This document shows positions 24,013 to 37,233 of a stretch of 64,000 bases of DNA, one piece after another. Positions within the stretch are counted from its first letter, which is position 1. Every line of letters begins with the position of its first letter. A program made the translations under genes and the position numbers. The notes under the pieces are model-generated. The model was not told the DNA's origin. It saw nothing but the letters and a program-made list of their open reading frames with translations, and made no database searches. This DNA is from Mobula hypostoma (lineage: Eukaryota), in assembly GCF_963921235.1 (NCBI RefSeq), contig NC_086100.1, positions 201,998,001 to 202,062,000 on the forward strand. The letters are read 5' to 3'.

Positions 24013-26002
24013 TGAAAGAAACATAGAAAACCTACAGCACAATACAGGCCCTTCAGCCCACAAAACTGGGCCGAACATGTCCTTACCTTAGAAATTACCT
24101 AGGGTTACCCATAGCCCTGGTTTTTCTAAACTCCTTGTACCTATCCAGGAGTCTCTTAAAAGACCCTATCTTTTTTGCCTCCACTACTGTCGCCAGCAGC
24201 CCATTCCACGCAGTCACCACTCTCTGCGTAAAAACTTACCCCTGACATCTCCTCTGTATCCACTTCCATGCACCTTAAAACTGTGCCCTCTCGTGCTAGC
24301 CATTTCAGCCCCGGGAAAAAGCCTCTGGCTATCCACACGATCGATGCCTCTCATCATCTTCTATCAGGTCTTCTCTCATCCTCCGTCGCTCCAAGGAGAA
24401 AAGGCTGAGTTCACTCAACCTATTCTCATAAGGCATGCTCCCCAATCCAGGCAACATCCTTGTAAATCTCCTCTGCACCCTTTCTATGGTTTCCACGTCC
24501 TTCCTGTAGTGAGGTGACCAGAACTGAGCACAGTACTCCAAGTGGGGTCTGCCCAGGATCCTATATAGCTGTAACATTACCTCTCGGCTCTTGAACTCAA
24601 TCCCACAATTGATGAAGGCCAATACACCGCATGCCTTCTTAACCACAGAGTCGATCTGCACAGCTGCTTTGAGCGTCCTGTGGACTCAGGCCCCAAGATC
24701 CCTCTGATTCTCCACACTGCCAAGAGTCTTACCATTAATACTATATTCTCCCATCATATTTAACCTACCAAAATTAACCACCTCACACTTACCTGGGCTG
24801 AACTCCATTTGCCACTTCTCAGCCCAGTTTTGCATTATATCAATATCCCTCTGTAACCTCTGACAGCCCTCCACACTATCCACAACACCCCCAACCTTTG
24901 TGTCATCAGCAAATTTACTAACCCATCCCTCCACTTCCTCATCCAGGTCATTTATGAAAATCACGAAGAGTAAGGGTCCCAGAACAGATCCCTGAGGCAT
25001 CCCACTGGTCACCAGCCTCCATGCAGAATATGACCTGTCTACAAACATATATAACCATATAACAATTACAGCACGGAAACAGGCCATCTCGGCCATTCTA
25101 GTCTGTGCCAAATACTTACTCTCACCTAGTCCCACCGACCTGCACTCAGCCCATAACCCTCCATTCCCTTCCTGTCCATATAGCTATCCAAATTTATCTT
25201 CAAATGACAATATCGAACCTGCCTCCACCACTTCTGCTGGAAGCTCGTCCACACAGCTACCACTCTCTTGAGTAAAGAAGTTCCCCCTCGTGTTGCCCCT
25301 AAACTTTTGCCCTTTAACTCTCAACTCATGTCCTTTTGTTTGAATCTCCCCCATTCTCAATGGAAAAAGCCTATCCACATCAACTCTATCTATCCCCCTC
25401 ATAATTTTAAATACCTCTATCAAGTCACCCCCTCAACCTTCTACACTCCAAAGAATAAAGACTCAACTTGTTCAACCTTTCTCTGTGACTTAAGAGATGA
25501 AACCCAGGTAACATTCTAGTAAGTCTTCTCTGTACTCTCTCAATTTTGTTGACATCTTTCCTATAATTCGGTGACCAGAACTGTACACAATACTCCAAAT
25601 TTGGCCTTACCAATGCCTTGTACAATTTCAACATTACATCCCAACTCCTTTCTTTTTAAATCTTTTTATTGAGTAAGTATACAAAAAAGGTAAGCTATAT
25701 AAACATTAATACAATGTTAAAGTATAATAAAATTCCAAAAGATATCAATACCAAAAAAAATACTACAAACAATGTAATTTAAACATAAGAAACCAAGATA
25801 ACATAATAGTATACTAAATTTTATATATATCAATGGAAAAAAAAAGAAAAAAAAACCCCAAAAAAAAACCCACCGTGCAACTAACTAAAAGCAAGGCAAA
25901 GCAATGGGCTAACTTGAAACCAAACAGAGTTAAACTTAAAATCACGTCCTCAATCCCGACCTCCATTAAAAACAGTGAAAAAAAAAACAAGAAGGGTAAA
26001 TA

Positions 26003-29000
26003 TTACATTAAATGAAAATATCGAATAAAAGGTCCCCAAATCTGTTCAAATTTAAATGAAGAATCATAAAGGTTACTTCTAATTTTCTCCAAATTCAAAC
26101 ATAAAATCGTCTGAGAAAACCAAAAAAAGGTAGTTGGAGCATTAAGCTCTTTCCAATGTTGTAAAATACATCTTTTCGCCATTAAAGTAAGAAATGCAAT
26201 CATTCTACGGGCTGAAGGGGAAAGATTACTAGAAATTTTAGGTAGTCCAAAGATAGCAGTAATAGGGTGAGGAGAGATATCTATATTTAATACCTTAGAA
26301 ATAATATTGAAAATATCTCTCCAAAAAGTTTCCAAAGTAGGGCAAGACCAAAACATATGAGTTAAAGAGGCTATCTGCCCCGAACATCTATCACAGAAAG
26401 GATTAATATGCGAGTAAAAACGCGCTAACTTATCTTTGGACATATGTGCTCTATGAACCACTTTAAATTGAATTAGGGAATGTTTAGCACAAATAGAGGA
26501 AGTATTAACTAATTGTAAAATCTGCCCCCAATCATCCACAGAAATGGTAACCTCAATTCCTGTTCCCAATCTACCCTAATCTTATCAAATGGAGCTTTCC
26601 TAAGTTTCATAATAATATTATAAATCATAGCCGATGCACCTTTCTGACATGGATTGAGGTTAATTATCGAATCTAAAATATATGTAGGAGGAAGCATTGG
26701 AAAGGAAGAAAGTATAGTACTAAGGAAATTTCTAACTTGTAAATATCTAAAAAAATGTATTCTTGATAAGTTATATTTATTAGATAATTGTTCAAAAGAC
26801 ATAAGGGAACCATCTAAAAATAAATCCAAAAACCGTAAAATACCCTTAGTCTTCCAAGTTTGAAAAGCGCGATCCGTAAAAGAGGGAGGAAAAAATATGT
26901 TACCTAAAATAGGAATCGCTAACCCGAATTGATTAAGATCAAAAAATTTTCTGAATTGAAACCAAATGCGCAAAGCATATTTAACTATCGGGTTAGAGAC
27001 CTGCTTAAGACGTTTCGAATCAAAAGGGAGAGAGGAGCCTAAAATAGAACCAAGTGTATAACCCTGAACAGATTGTAATTCCAATGCTACCCATTTAGGA
27101 ATAGATAGTATGTCCTGGTCAAATAACCAAAATTTCATATGTCGAATATTAATAGCCCAATAATAAAATCTAAAGTTAGGTAATGCTAAACCTCCATCTC
27201 TCTTAGCTTTCTGTAAATGTATTTTACCCAGTCTCGGATTCTTATTCTGCCAAATAAATGAAGAAATTTTAGAGTCAACTTTATCAAAGAAAGATTTTGG
27301 AACGAAAATTGGTAATGCCTGAAACACATATAAAAATTTTCGCAAAAAAAACATCTTAACTGCATTAATACGACCAATCAAAGTTAAATATAAGGGAAAC
27401 CATTTAGATGAAAGTTGAGTAATATGGTCTATTAATGGTAAAAAGTTAGTCTTAAATAAATCTTTGTATTTACAAGTAATTTTAATCCCAAGATATGAAA
27501 AATAATTATTAATCAATTTAAATGGAAATTTATAATATAAGGGAAGATGTTTATTAATCGGAAAAAGTTCACTCTTACTAAGATTTAATTTATAACCTGA
27601 GAAAAGACCAAATTGTGCTAATAACTCTAAAACAGCAGGAATGGATTTCTCAGGATTAGAAATATATAAAAGTAAATCATCAGCATAGAGTGATAATTTA
27701 TGGGACTTTAATCCCCGAGTTATCCCAGTAATATTTGAAGATTCTCGAATAGCAATTGCAAGAGGTTCTAATGCAATATCAAATAATAGGAGACTAAGAG
27801 GACAGCCTTGTCGAGTACCACGAAAGAGAGGAAAAAAAGGTGAGTTTAAAGAGTTAGTACGAACCGAGGCTACAGGGGAATGATATAACAGTTTAATCCA
27901 GGATATAAATTTCAAGCTAAAATTAAACATTTCAAGCACTTTAAATAAATAAGGCCATTCTACTCTATCAAAGGCTTTCTCGGCATCTAAAGAAATAACA
28001 CACTCAGGAACATTTTGTGAGGGAGTATAAACAATATTTAACAATGTACGAATATTATAAAAAGAGTAACGACCTTTAATAAAACCCGTTTGGTCTTCCG
28101 AAATAATAGAAGGAAGTACTTTTTCTAGTCTATTTGCTAATAACTTAGAAAAAACTTTAGAATCAACATTTAATAAAGATATTGGTCTATAAGATGCACA
28201 TTGAGCAGGGTCTTTATCCTTCTTTAGTATTAGAGAAATTGATGCTCTATTAAAAGATTCAGGAAGTTTACCAAGTTTCAAAGAAGCCTCAAAAACCCTA
28301 CAGAGCCAAGGAATCAATAAAGAAGCAAAACATTTATAAAATTCAACGGTAAACCCATCAGGGCCAGGAGCTTTCCCCAGATTCATAGAAAAAATAACAT
28401 TCTTAATCTCATCCATTGTAATGGAAGTATCTAATAAAGAAGACATATCCTGTGAAATCTGAGGGAAGTCTAACTTATCTAAAAAATCATTCATATATTT
28501 AGAATCTCGAGGAGACTCTGATTGATATAAAGAAGAATAAAAATCACAAAAGGTTTGATTAATCCCCACATGATCCAGTATCAATCGATCATTTTGGTTA
28601 TAAATCTGATTGATTTGAGATTTAACATAATTAGATTTCAATTGATTAGCCAGCAGCTTGCCAATTTTGTCACTGTGAACATAAAAGTCACTTCTTGTTT
28701 TCTTTAATTGGTTTACAATCGAGGACGAGAGTAGTAAACTGTGTTCCATTTGAAGTTCAGTTCTTTGTTTGTATAACTCCTCAGAAGGAGCCATAACATA
28801 TTTCTTATCAATTTCTTTAATCTTGTCCACAATTGCCATCTCCTCCTGCTTCTGTTTCTTCCTCAAAGCAGCAGAATACGAAATAATCTGACCCCGAATA
28901 TAGGCTTTAAAAGTGTCCCAAAGAGTGTTAACCGAAATATCTTCTGTATGGTTAATTGTAAAAAAAAGCTCAATCTGTTCATTCATAAAATTAACAAAGT

Positions 29001-29778
29001 CCGAGTCCTGAAGCAACAGCGAATTAAAACGCCATTGTCTATTATTTGGTATATTGGCCATAATTTTAATAGAAAGCTTAAGTGGAGCATGATCCGAAAT
29101 GGTTATAGAATCATAATCACATTTAATCACTGAAGGAATAAGACGAGAATCAATGAAAAAATAATCAATTCTTGAATGGGAATGATGAACATGTGAAAAG
29201 AAGGAAAAATCTTTTTCCTGAGGATGCAGAAAACGCCAAATGTCCGTCGACCCAGAATCAGAAAGGAAAAAATTAATCAAATTTGCAGATTTATTAGGTA
29301 AAGTCCGTAAAGGAGCCGAACGGTCCAAAGCTGGAGACAAACAGGTATTAAGATCTCCGCCCCAGATCAATGAAAACTCGTTCAAATTCGGAAACTGATC
29401 AAACAATGATTTATAAAATTCCGGACAATCCATATTAGGAGCATAAACATTAACCAAAACTACTTTTTTATTAAATAGTAAACCACTAACCAATAAAAAT
29501 CTACCATTCGGATCAGAGATAATATCCTGTTGTATAAAAATAACTGAGGAATCTATAAAAATAGAGACGCCTCGAATCTTAGCATTGGAGTTCGAATGAA
29601 ATTGTTGTCCCTTCCAGAATTTGAAAAAACGTAGTCTGTCCCCCCTCCGTACATGGGTCTCTTGTAAAAATAAAATTTGTGCTTTAAGTCTCCGGAACAC
29701 TTTAAAAACTTTTTTCCTTTTAATAGGATGATTAAGACCGTTAGTATTCCAGGAGACAAAATTAATAATAGACTCCAT
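26003..29778 (-). pseudogene. L1 ORF2 (APE endonuclease, RT, CCHC finger) with one frameshift near 26550
   Basis: SWNTNGL, LQETH, SRIDYF, SDHAP, GTRQGCPLS, YADD motifs. The C-terminal CDRC..HMFWSC lies in another frame (26569-26003). Confidence 0.92.
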
Positions 29779-30495
29779 AAATCCTAAAGTCAACCCACAA
29801 CAAGGAGGATTGACGATAGGCGCGACCCACAAACCCGGAGAGGAAACAGAACATACAAAAGATACCGGGAAAAAGGACGCAACCAGTACTTCAATAATGT
29901 ATATAGCCCAAAGAGAAACAAACTAAAACGTAAAGCCCCTCCCACCACCCCCCCGCCCCAAGACCCCAAGGCAAAATCTAAAGCAGACCCGCCAGAAAGA
30001 AGCAAGCGCTAAAACTACCCCCATGACTTCTGGTATACGCTCCCTAAAAAAAAAGGTATAAATATGAAAAGGATCAGCTAATTGTAAAACAGTAAAAAAG
30101 TAAAAAAAAGGTAGCTCAATTAAAATACACACAGAACAGAATAAAAGCCAGAAAATATATATTAAAAAAACCACAATAAACCTCAAACCCATGAATAAAC
30201 ACAGCAACAAGAAAAAATAAGATTATTGACATAAAGTGGTTATAAAAAGCAAAACAGAATAAAATTTAAAAAAACTACAAAATTTAAGGCCACACAGGAA
30301 ATACGTAAGATGACAAAAAGGAAGTAACCACCCAGAATCCCCTGGGAAAAGAAAGAAATGACGCAGTTAAAAAGAAAGTTTAGCAACCATATTAAGAAAT
30401 CAAAAATAAACTTTTCTGCCCAAATAGGGCACAGAAAAAGTTAAAACCAACCAATTCACAGCCTCCGATCAACGGAGATAATTAAAAAAAAGCAA

Positions 30496-31395
30496 TTAAG
30501 ATGTTGAAGATGAAAGTTGATCCAGATAACTCTGGGCATCCGATGGAGAATCAAAAAAACGAAGGGCTCCATCTGACATGCGAATCCTTAAACGTGCAGG
30601 GTACAGCAGCGCTGGTCTTAAATCCATCTTATAGAATTCCGACATCCCGGATCTGTAACGAACCCGTTGGTCCCAGATTGGTTTACTGAAATCTTCCACG
30701 AATCGGAACTTAAGATCCGAAAAATCAATGAAACCTTTAGATCGAGCGAATCGAAACAGTCTCTCCTTGTCTTGAAAGTAATGAAAACGTATGATAACAT
30801 GCCTAGGTCTATCTGACCTAGACGAGTATGATGGGATTCTGTGAACACGATCCAGTAGCGGTGGTTGGTCAGGAAATACAGTAGGGAATGCATCTTTTAA
30901 AAGTTGAGAAAAATACTTCATGGGATTGTTAGATTCCACAGCTTCCCTCACCCCGATCATTCGTAAATTCTGCCGTCGCATTCTAGATTCCAAGTCAGAG
31001 TTTTTAAAAGTCAAAAAGTCAAGTTTCTTCTTCATTACATTAATTGTTTCTTCGATTTTCCCCATCTTAAGCTCACTTTGTTGCGCGAATTTTTGAAGAT
31101 CAGATATAGCCGACTGATGTTCCGCAATACATGTTTGCATCTTATCAATTGAATCGGCAATTTTCTGGAGATTAGTTGAGATTTCCGTATGAATCAGGTC
31201 TTTAACAGGGCCTGCAATTTCCGTACGAATCATCTCCCTAACAGAGGTTGAAATTTCCCTCTGAATTAACTCCGATATCGCTTTCAAAGTCACCGGTGAT
31301 TCAGTCGGGGGGAGATCCGTAGCTTTCGGTTTAACCGGAGGTTTACCATCCTTGCCGTTTTTCCCGTTCTTAGACATAGCAGATCTAAGATACAT
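30496..31395 (-). CDS. L1 ORF1p (coiled coil plus RRM/CTD)
   Basis: 299-aa open frame. DLESRMRRQNLRMIG, DRVHR, PRHVIIRF and LLYPARLRI motifs typical of L1 ORF1. Confidence 0.9.
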   Translation of the reverse strand: MYLRSAMSKNGKNGKDGKPPVKPKATDLPPTESPVTLKAISELIQREISTSVREMIRTEIAGPVKDLIHTEISTNLQKIADSIDKMQTCIAEHQSAISDLQKFAQQSELKMGKIEETINVMKKKLDFLTFKNSDLESRMRRQNLRMIGVREAVESNNPMKYFSQLLKDAFPTVFPDQPPLLDRVHRIPSYSSRSDRPRHVIIRFHYFQDKERLFRFARSKGFIDFSDLKFRFVEDFSKPIWDQRVRYRSGMSEFYKMDLRPALLYPARLRIRMSDGALRFFDSPSDAQSYLDQLSSSTS

Positions 31396-32457
31396 CCAGT
31401 TGTCGGAGAATTCAGTTTAATTCAAAGTATTGTAAGAATTGATGCCTTAATGGTTAATTAAAGTATAGCTGACCATAGAGAAAAAAAAACTCAGAGGTAA
31501 TGGAGCGAGTCAAGAACGCGACTTCACTCCATGAGCGCTACCGGAAGTCCCCCACATCCCAACTCCTATACTCAATGCTCTGATTTATAAAGGCCAGCAT
31601 ACCAAAAGCTTTCTTCACCACCTATCAACGTGAGATTCCACCTTCAGGGAACTATGCACCATTATTCCTAGATCCCTCTGTTCTACTGCATCCTTCAATG
31701 CCCTACCACTTACCATGTATGTCCTGTTTTGATTAGTCCTACTGAAATGTAGCATCTCACATTTATCAGCATTAAACTCCATCTGCCATCTTTCCGCCCA
31801 CTCTTCTAACTGGCCTAAATTTCTCTGCAAGCTTTGAAAACCTACCTCATTATCCACAATTCCACCTATCTTAGTATCATTTGCATACTTACTAATCCAA
31901 TTTACCACTCCATCATCCAGATCATTAATATATATGACAAACAACATTGGACCCAGTACAGATCCCTGAGGCACACCACTAATCACTAGCCTCCAACCTG
32001 ACAAACAGTTATCCTCCACTACTCTCTAGCGTATCCCATCCAACCACTGCTGAATCCATTTTACTACTTCAATATTAATACCTATTGATCGAAACTTCCT
32101 AACTAACCATCCATGTGGAACCTTGTCAAAGGCCTTACTGAAGTCCATATAGACAACATCCACCACTTTACCCTCGTCAACTTTCCTAGTAAACTTTTCA
32201 AAAAATTCATTAAGATTTGTCAAACATGACTTTCCACACACAAATCCATGTTGACTGTTCCTAATCAGACCCTGTCTATCCAGATGATTATATATACCAT
32301 CTCTAAGAATACTTTCCATCTATTTACCCACCACTGACATCAAACTCACAGAACCCTTTTTAAACAATGGAACAACATGAGCAATACGCCAATCCTCCGG
32401 CACCATCCCCATTTCTAATGACATTTGAAATATTTCTGTCAGAGCCCCTGCTATTTC

Positions 32458-34091
32458 ATAGAAACATAGAAACATAGAAAATAGGTGCAGGAGTAGGCCA
32501 TTCGGCCCTTCGAGCCTGCACCGCCATTTATTATGATCATGGCTGATCATCCAACTCAGAACCCAGCCTTCCCTCCATACCCCCTGACCCCTGTAGCCAC
32601 AAGGGCCATATCTAACTTCCTTTTAAACATAGCTAATGAACTGGCCTCAACAGTTTGCTGTGGCAGAGAATTCCACAGATTCACCACTCTCTGTGTGAAG
32701 AAGTTTTTCCTAACCTCGGTCGTAAAAGGCTTCCCCTCTATCCTCAAACTGTGACCCCTCGTTCTAGACCTCCCCAACATCGGGAACAATCTTCCCGCAT
32801 CTAGCCTGTCCAATCCCTTTAGGATCTTATACGTTTCAATCAGATCCCCCCTCAATCTTCTAAATTCCAACGAGTACAAGCCCAGTTCATCCAGTCTTTC
32901 TTCATATGAAAGACCTGCCATCCCAGGAATCAATCTGGTGAACCTTCTTTGTACTCCCTCTATGGCAAAGATGTCTTTCCTCAGATTAGGGGACCAAAAC
33001 TGCATACAATACTCCAGGTGTGGTCTCACCAAGGCCTTGTACAACTGCAGTAGTACCTCCCTGCTCCTGTACTCGAATCCTCTCGCTATAAATGCCAGCA
33101 TACCGTTCGCCTTTTTCGCCGCCTGCTGTACCTGCATGCCCACTTTCAATGACTGGTGTATAATGACACCCAGGTCTCGTTGCACCTCCCCTTTTCCTAA
33201 TCGGCCACCATTCAGATAATAATCTGTTTTCCTATTTTTGCCACCAAAGTGGATAACTTCACATTTATCCACATTAAATTGCATCTGCCATGAGTTTGCC
33301 CACTCACCCAACCTATCCAAGTCACCCTGCATCCTCTTAGCATCCTCCTCACTGCTAACACTGCCACCCAGCTTCGTGTCATCCGCAAACTTGGAGATGC
33401 TGCATTTAATTCCCTCATCCAAGTCATTAATATATATTGTAAACAACTGGGGTCCCAGCACTGAGCCTTGCGGTACCCCACTAGTCACCGCCTGCCATTC
33501 TGAAAAGGTCCCGTTTATTCCCACTCTTTGCTTCCTGTCTGCTAACCAATTCTCCACCCACACCAATACCTTACCCCCAATACCGTGTGCTTTAAGTTTG
33601 CACACTAATCTCCTGTGTGGGACCTTGTCAAAAGCCTTTTGAAAATCCAAATATACCACATCCACTGGTTCTCCCCTATCCACTCTACTAGTTACATCCT
33701 CAAAAAATTCTATGAGATTCGTCAGACATGATTTTCCTTTCACAAATCCATGCTGACTTTGTCCGATCATTTCACCGCTTTCCAAATGTGCTGTTATCAC
33801 ATCCTTGATAACTGACTCCAGCAGTTTCCCCACCACCGACGTTAGGCTAACCGGCCTATAATTCCCCGGTTTCTCTCTCCCTCCTTTTTTAAAAAGTGGG
33901 GTTACATTAGCCACCCTCCAATCCTCAGGAACTAGTCCAGAATCTAACGAGTTTTGAAAAATTATCACTAATGCATCCACTATTTCTTGGGCTACTTCCT
34001 TAAGCACTCTGGGATGCAGACCATCTGGCCCTGGGGATTTATCTGCCTTCAATCCCTTCAATTTACCTAACACCACTTCCCTACTAACATG
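32458..34091 (-). mobile_element. 5'-truncated copy of the young CR1 family (whole RT domain)
   Basis: Nearly identical to 39625-41260. TATTTC duplicated at 32452-32457 and 34092-34097. Confidence 0.95.
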
Positions 34092-35983
34092 TATTTCTAT
34101 ACTAACTTCCCTCAAGGTCCTAGGGAATATCCTGTCAGGACCCGGAGACTTATCCACTTTTATATTCCTTAAAAGCGCCAGTACTTCCTTTTCTTTAATC
34201 ATCATAGTTTCCAAAACTTCCCTACCTGTTTCCCTTACCTTACACAATTCAATATCCTTCTCCTTAGTGAACACCGAAGAAAAGAAATTGTTCAAAATCT
34301 CCCCCATCTCTTTTGGTTCCACGCATTGCTGTACACTCTGATTCTCTAAGGGACCAATTTTATCCCTCACTATCCTTTTGCTATTAATATAACTGTAGAA
34401 ATCCTTTGGATTTATTTTCACCTTACTTGCCAAAGCAACGTCACATCTTCTTTTAGCTTTTCTAATTTCTTTCTTAAGATTCTTTTTACATTCTTTATAT
34501 TCCTCGAGCACCTCATTTACTCCATGCTGCCTATATTTATTGTAGATATCTCTCTTTTTCCAAACCAAGTTTCCAATATCCCTTGAAAACCATGGCTCTC
34601 TCAAACTTTTAACCTTTCCTTCCAACCTAACAGGAACATAAAAGATTCTGTACCCTCAAAATTTCACCTTTAAATGACCTCCATTTCTCTATTACATCTT
34701 TCCCATAAAATAATTTGTCCCAATCCATTCCTTGTGAAACCTTTTGCATCTCCTCAAGGTTAGCCTTTCTCCAATCAAAAATCTCAACCCTGGGTCCAGT
34801 CCTATCCTTCTCCGTAATTATATTGAAACTAATGGCATTGTGATCTGGAACCGAACCGAAGTGCTCCCCAACACAAACCTCTGTCAGCTGCCCTACCTCC
34901 GTCAGCTGCCCTATCTCATTCCCTAACAGGAGATCCAACGCTGCCTCTTCTCTAGTTGGTACCTCTATGTATTGCTACAAAAAACAGTCTTGCACACATT
35001 TTACAATCTCCAAACCATCCAGCCCTTTTACAGTATGGGCTTTCCAGTCAATGTGTGGAAAATTAAAATCTCCCACAATCACAACCTTGTGCTTACTACA
35101 AATATCTGCTATATTCTTACAAATTTGCTCCTCCACTTCTTGCTCCCCATTAGGTGGTCTATAATACACCCCCATAAGTGTTACTACACCTTTCCCATTC
35201 CTCAATTCCACCCAAATAGCTTCCTCTCATCTATCCTTTGCCTTCTGTGGACAAGCCAGTTCTGGATCCACAAAGCAAGGTCCCCATGGATCCCATGCCT
35301 CCTTACTTTCTCAATAAGTCTTGCATGGGGTACCTTATCAAATGCCTTGCTGAAATCCATATACACTACATCTACTGCTCTTCCTTCATCAATGTGTTTA
35401 GTCACATCCTCAGAAAATTCAATCAGGCTCGTATGGCATGAGCTACCTTTGACAAAGCCATGCTGAAGATTCCTAATCATATCATGTCTCTTCAAATGCT
35501 CATAAATCCTGTCTCTCAGGATCTTCCCCATCAGCTTACCAACCACTGAAGTAAGACTCACTGGTCTATAATTTCCTGGGCTATCTCTACTCCCTTTCTT
35601 GAATGAGGGAACAATATCTGCAATCCTCCAGAACCTCTCCCGTCCCCATTGATGATGCAAAAGTCATTGCCAGAGGCTCTAATATACTATCCACAACAGC
35701 ACCAATCTTCATAGTTTATGCACCTTGCTATCCAGGTCATCTATATCTATCCATATACAGTGGCATGCAAAAGTTTGGGCACTCCTGGTCAAAATTTCTG
35801 TTACTGTGAATAGCTAAGCGAGTGAAAGACGACTTGATTTCCAAAAGGCATAAAATTAGAGATGACACATTTCTTTAATATTTTAAGCAAGATTACTTTT
35901 TTATTTCCATCTTTTACAGTTTAAAAATAACAAAAAAAGAAAAGGGCCTGAAGCAAAATTTGGGCACCCTGCATGGTCAGTAC

Positions 35984-36994
35984 TTAGTAACACCCCCTTT
36001 GGCAAGTATCACAGCTTGTAAACGCTTTCTGTAGCCAGCGAAGTCTTTCAGTTTTTGTTTGGGAGATTTTTGCCCATTCTTCCCTGCATAAGGCTTCTAG
36101 TTCTGTGAGATTCTTGGGCTGTCTTGCATGCACTGCTCTTTTGAGGTCTATCCACAGATGTTCGATGTTTAGGTTGGGAGACTGTGAGGGCCATGGCAAA
36201 ACCTTCAGCCTGCGCCTCTTGAGGTAGTCCATTGTGGACTTTGAGGTGTGTTTAGGATCATTATCTTGTTGTAGAAGCCAGCCTCTTATCATCTTCAGCT
36301 TTTTTACAGACGGTGTGATGTTTGCTTCCAGAATTTGTAGGTATTTAATGGAATTCATTCTTCCCTCTACCAGTGAAATGTTCCCCGTGCCACTGGCTGT
36401 AACAGAAGCCCGAAGCATGATCGATCCACCCCCATGCTTAACAGTTGGAGAGGTGTTCTTTTCATGAAATTCTGCACCCTTTTTTCTCCAAATATACCTT
36501 TGTTCATTGTGGCCAGAAAGTTCTATTTTAACTTCGTCAGTCCACGGGACTTGTTTCCAAAATGCATCAGGCTTGTTTAGATGTTCCTTTGCAAACTTCT
36601 GACGCTGAATTTTGTGGTGAGGACGTAGGAAGGGTTTTCTTCTGATGACTCTTCCATGAAGGTCATATTTGTGCAGGTCTCGCTGCACAGTAGAACAGTG
36701 CACCACCACTCCAGGGTCTGCTAAATCTTCCTGAAGGTCTTCTGCAGTCAAACGGGGGTTTTGATTTGCCTTTCTAGCAATCCTACGAGCAGTTCTCTCG
36801 GAAAGTTTTCATGGTCTTCCAGACCTCAACTTGACCTCCACCGTTCCTGTTAACTGCCATTTCTTAATTACATTACGAACTGAGGAAATGGCTACCTGAA
36901 AATGCTTTGCTATCTTTTTATAGCCTTCTCCTGCTTTGTGGGCATCGTTTATTTTAATTTTCAGAGTGCTAGGCAGCTGCTTAGAGGAGCCCAT
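35984..36994 (-). pseudogene. Tc1 DDE transposase, inactivated
   Basis: GYKKIAK HTH, RSGRP then an in-frame TGA at 36811-36809, WTDE, QQDNDPKH, SPNLN-IEHLW. C-terminal frameshift. Confidence 0.92.
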
Positions 36995-37233
36995 GGTTGC
37001 TGATTGTTGGGACAAGGTTTGAGGAGTCGGGTATTTATAAAGCTTTGAAATTTGCATCACCTTGCCTTTCCTAGCGATGACTGTGAACAAGCCGTAGCCC
37101 TAACAAGCTAAGGTCTGAGACCTTGATAAGAGTTACCTGAGAGCTCAAATCTCCTGGGGTGCCCAACCTTTTGCATGGTGCTCCTTTCCTTTTTTTCCAC
37201 TCTAAAATTGTACAAAACAAAAATAATTCACTA

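Larger units (their letters stand above)
25650..31553 (-). mobile_element. Full-length L1-clade LINE, 5.9 kb, with 14-bp TSD
   Basis: TSD ACATCCCAACTCCT at 25636-25649 and 31554-31567. 5' end GGGGGACTTCCGG; AATAAA (25670-25665) plus a short A-rich tail; ORF1 and ORF2 present. Confidence 0.96.
25046..35235 (-). mobile_element. CR1-B (25046-25649, 31554-32457, 34092-35235), inserted in CR1-A and split by an L1 and a young CR1
   Basis: ATAACCAT-type tail at about 25046. The pieces are collinear once the two inserts are removed at their TSDs. Confidence 0.88.
24018..35680 (-). mobile_element. CR1-A (24018-25044 plus about 35236-35680), outer host of a nested cluster
   Basis: Tail at 24018. Sequence broken at ...GACCTGTCTACAA resumes at CTTTGCCTTCTGTGG, as in the contiguous relative at 10561-10610. 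Confidence 0.85.
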
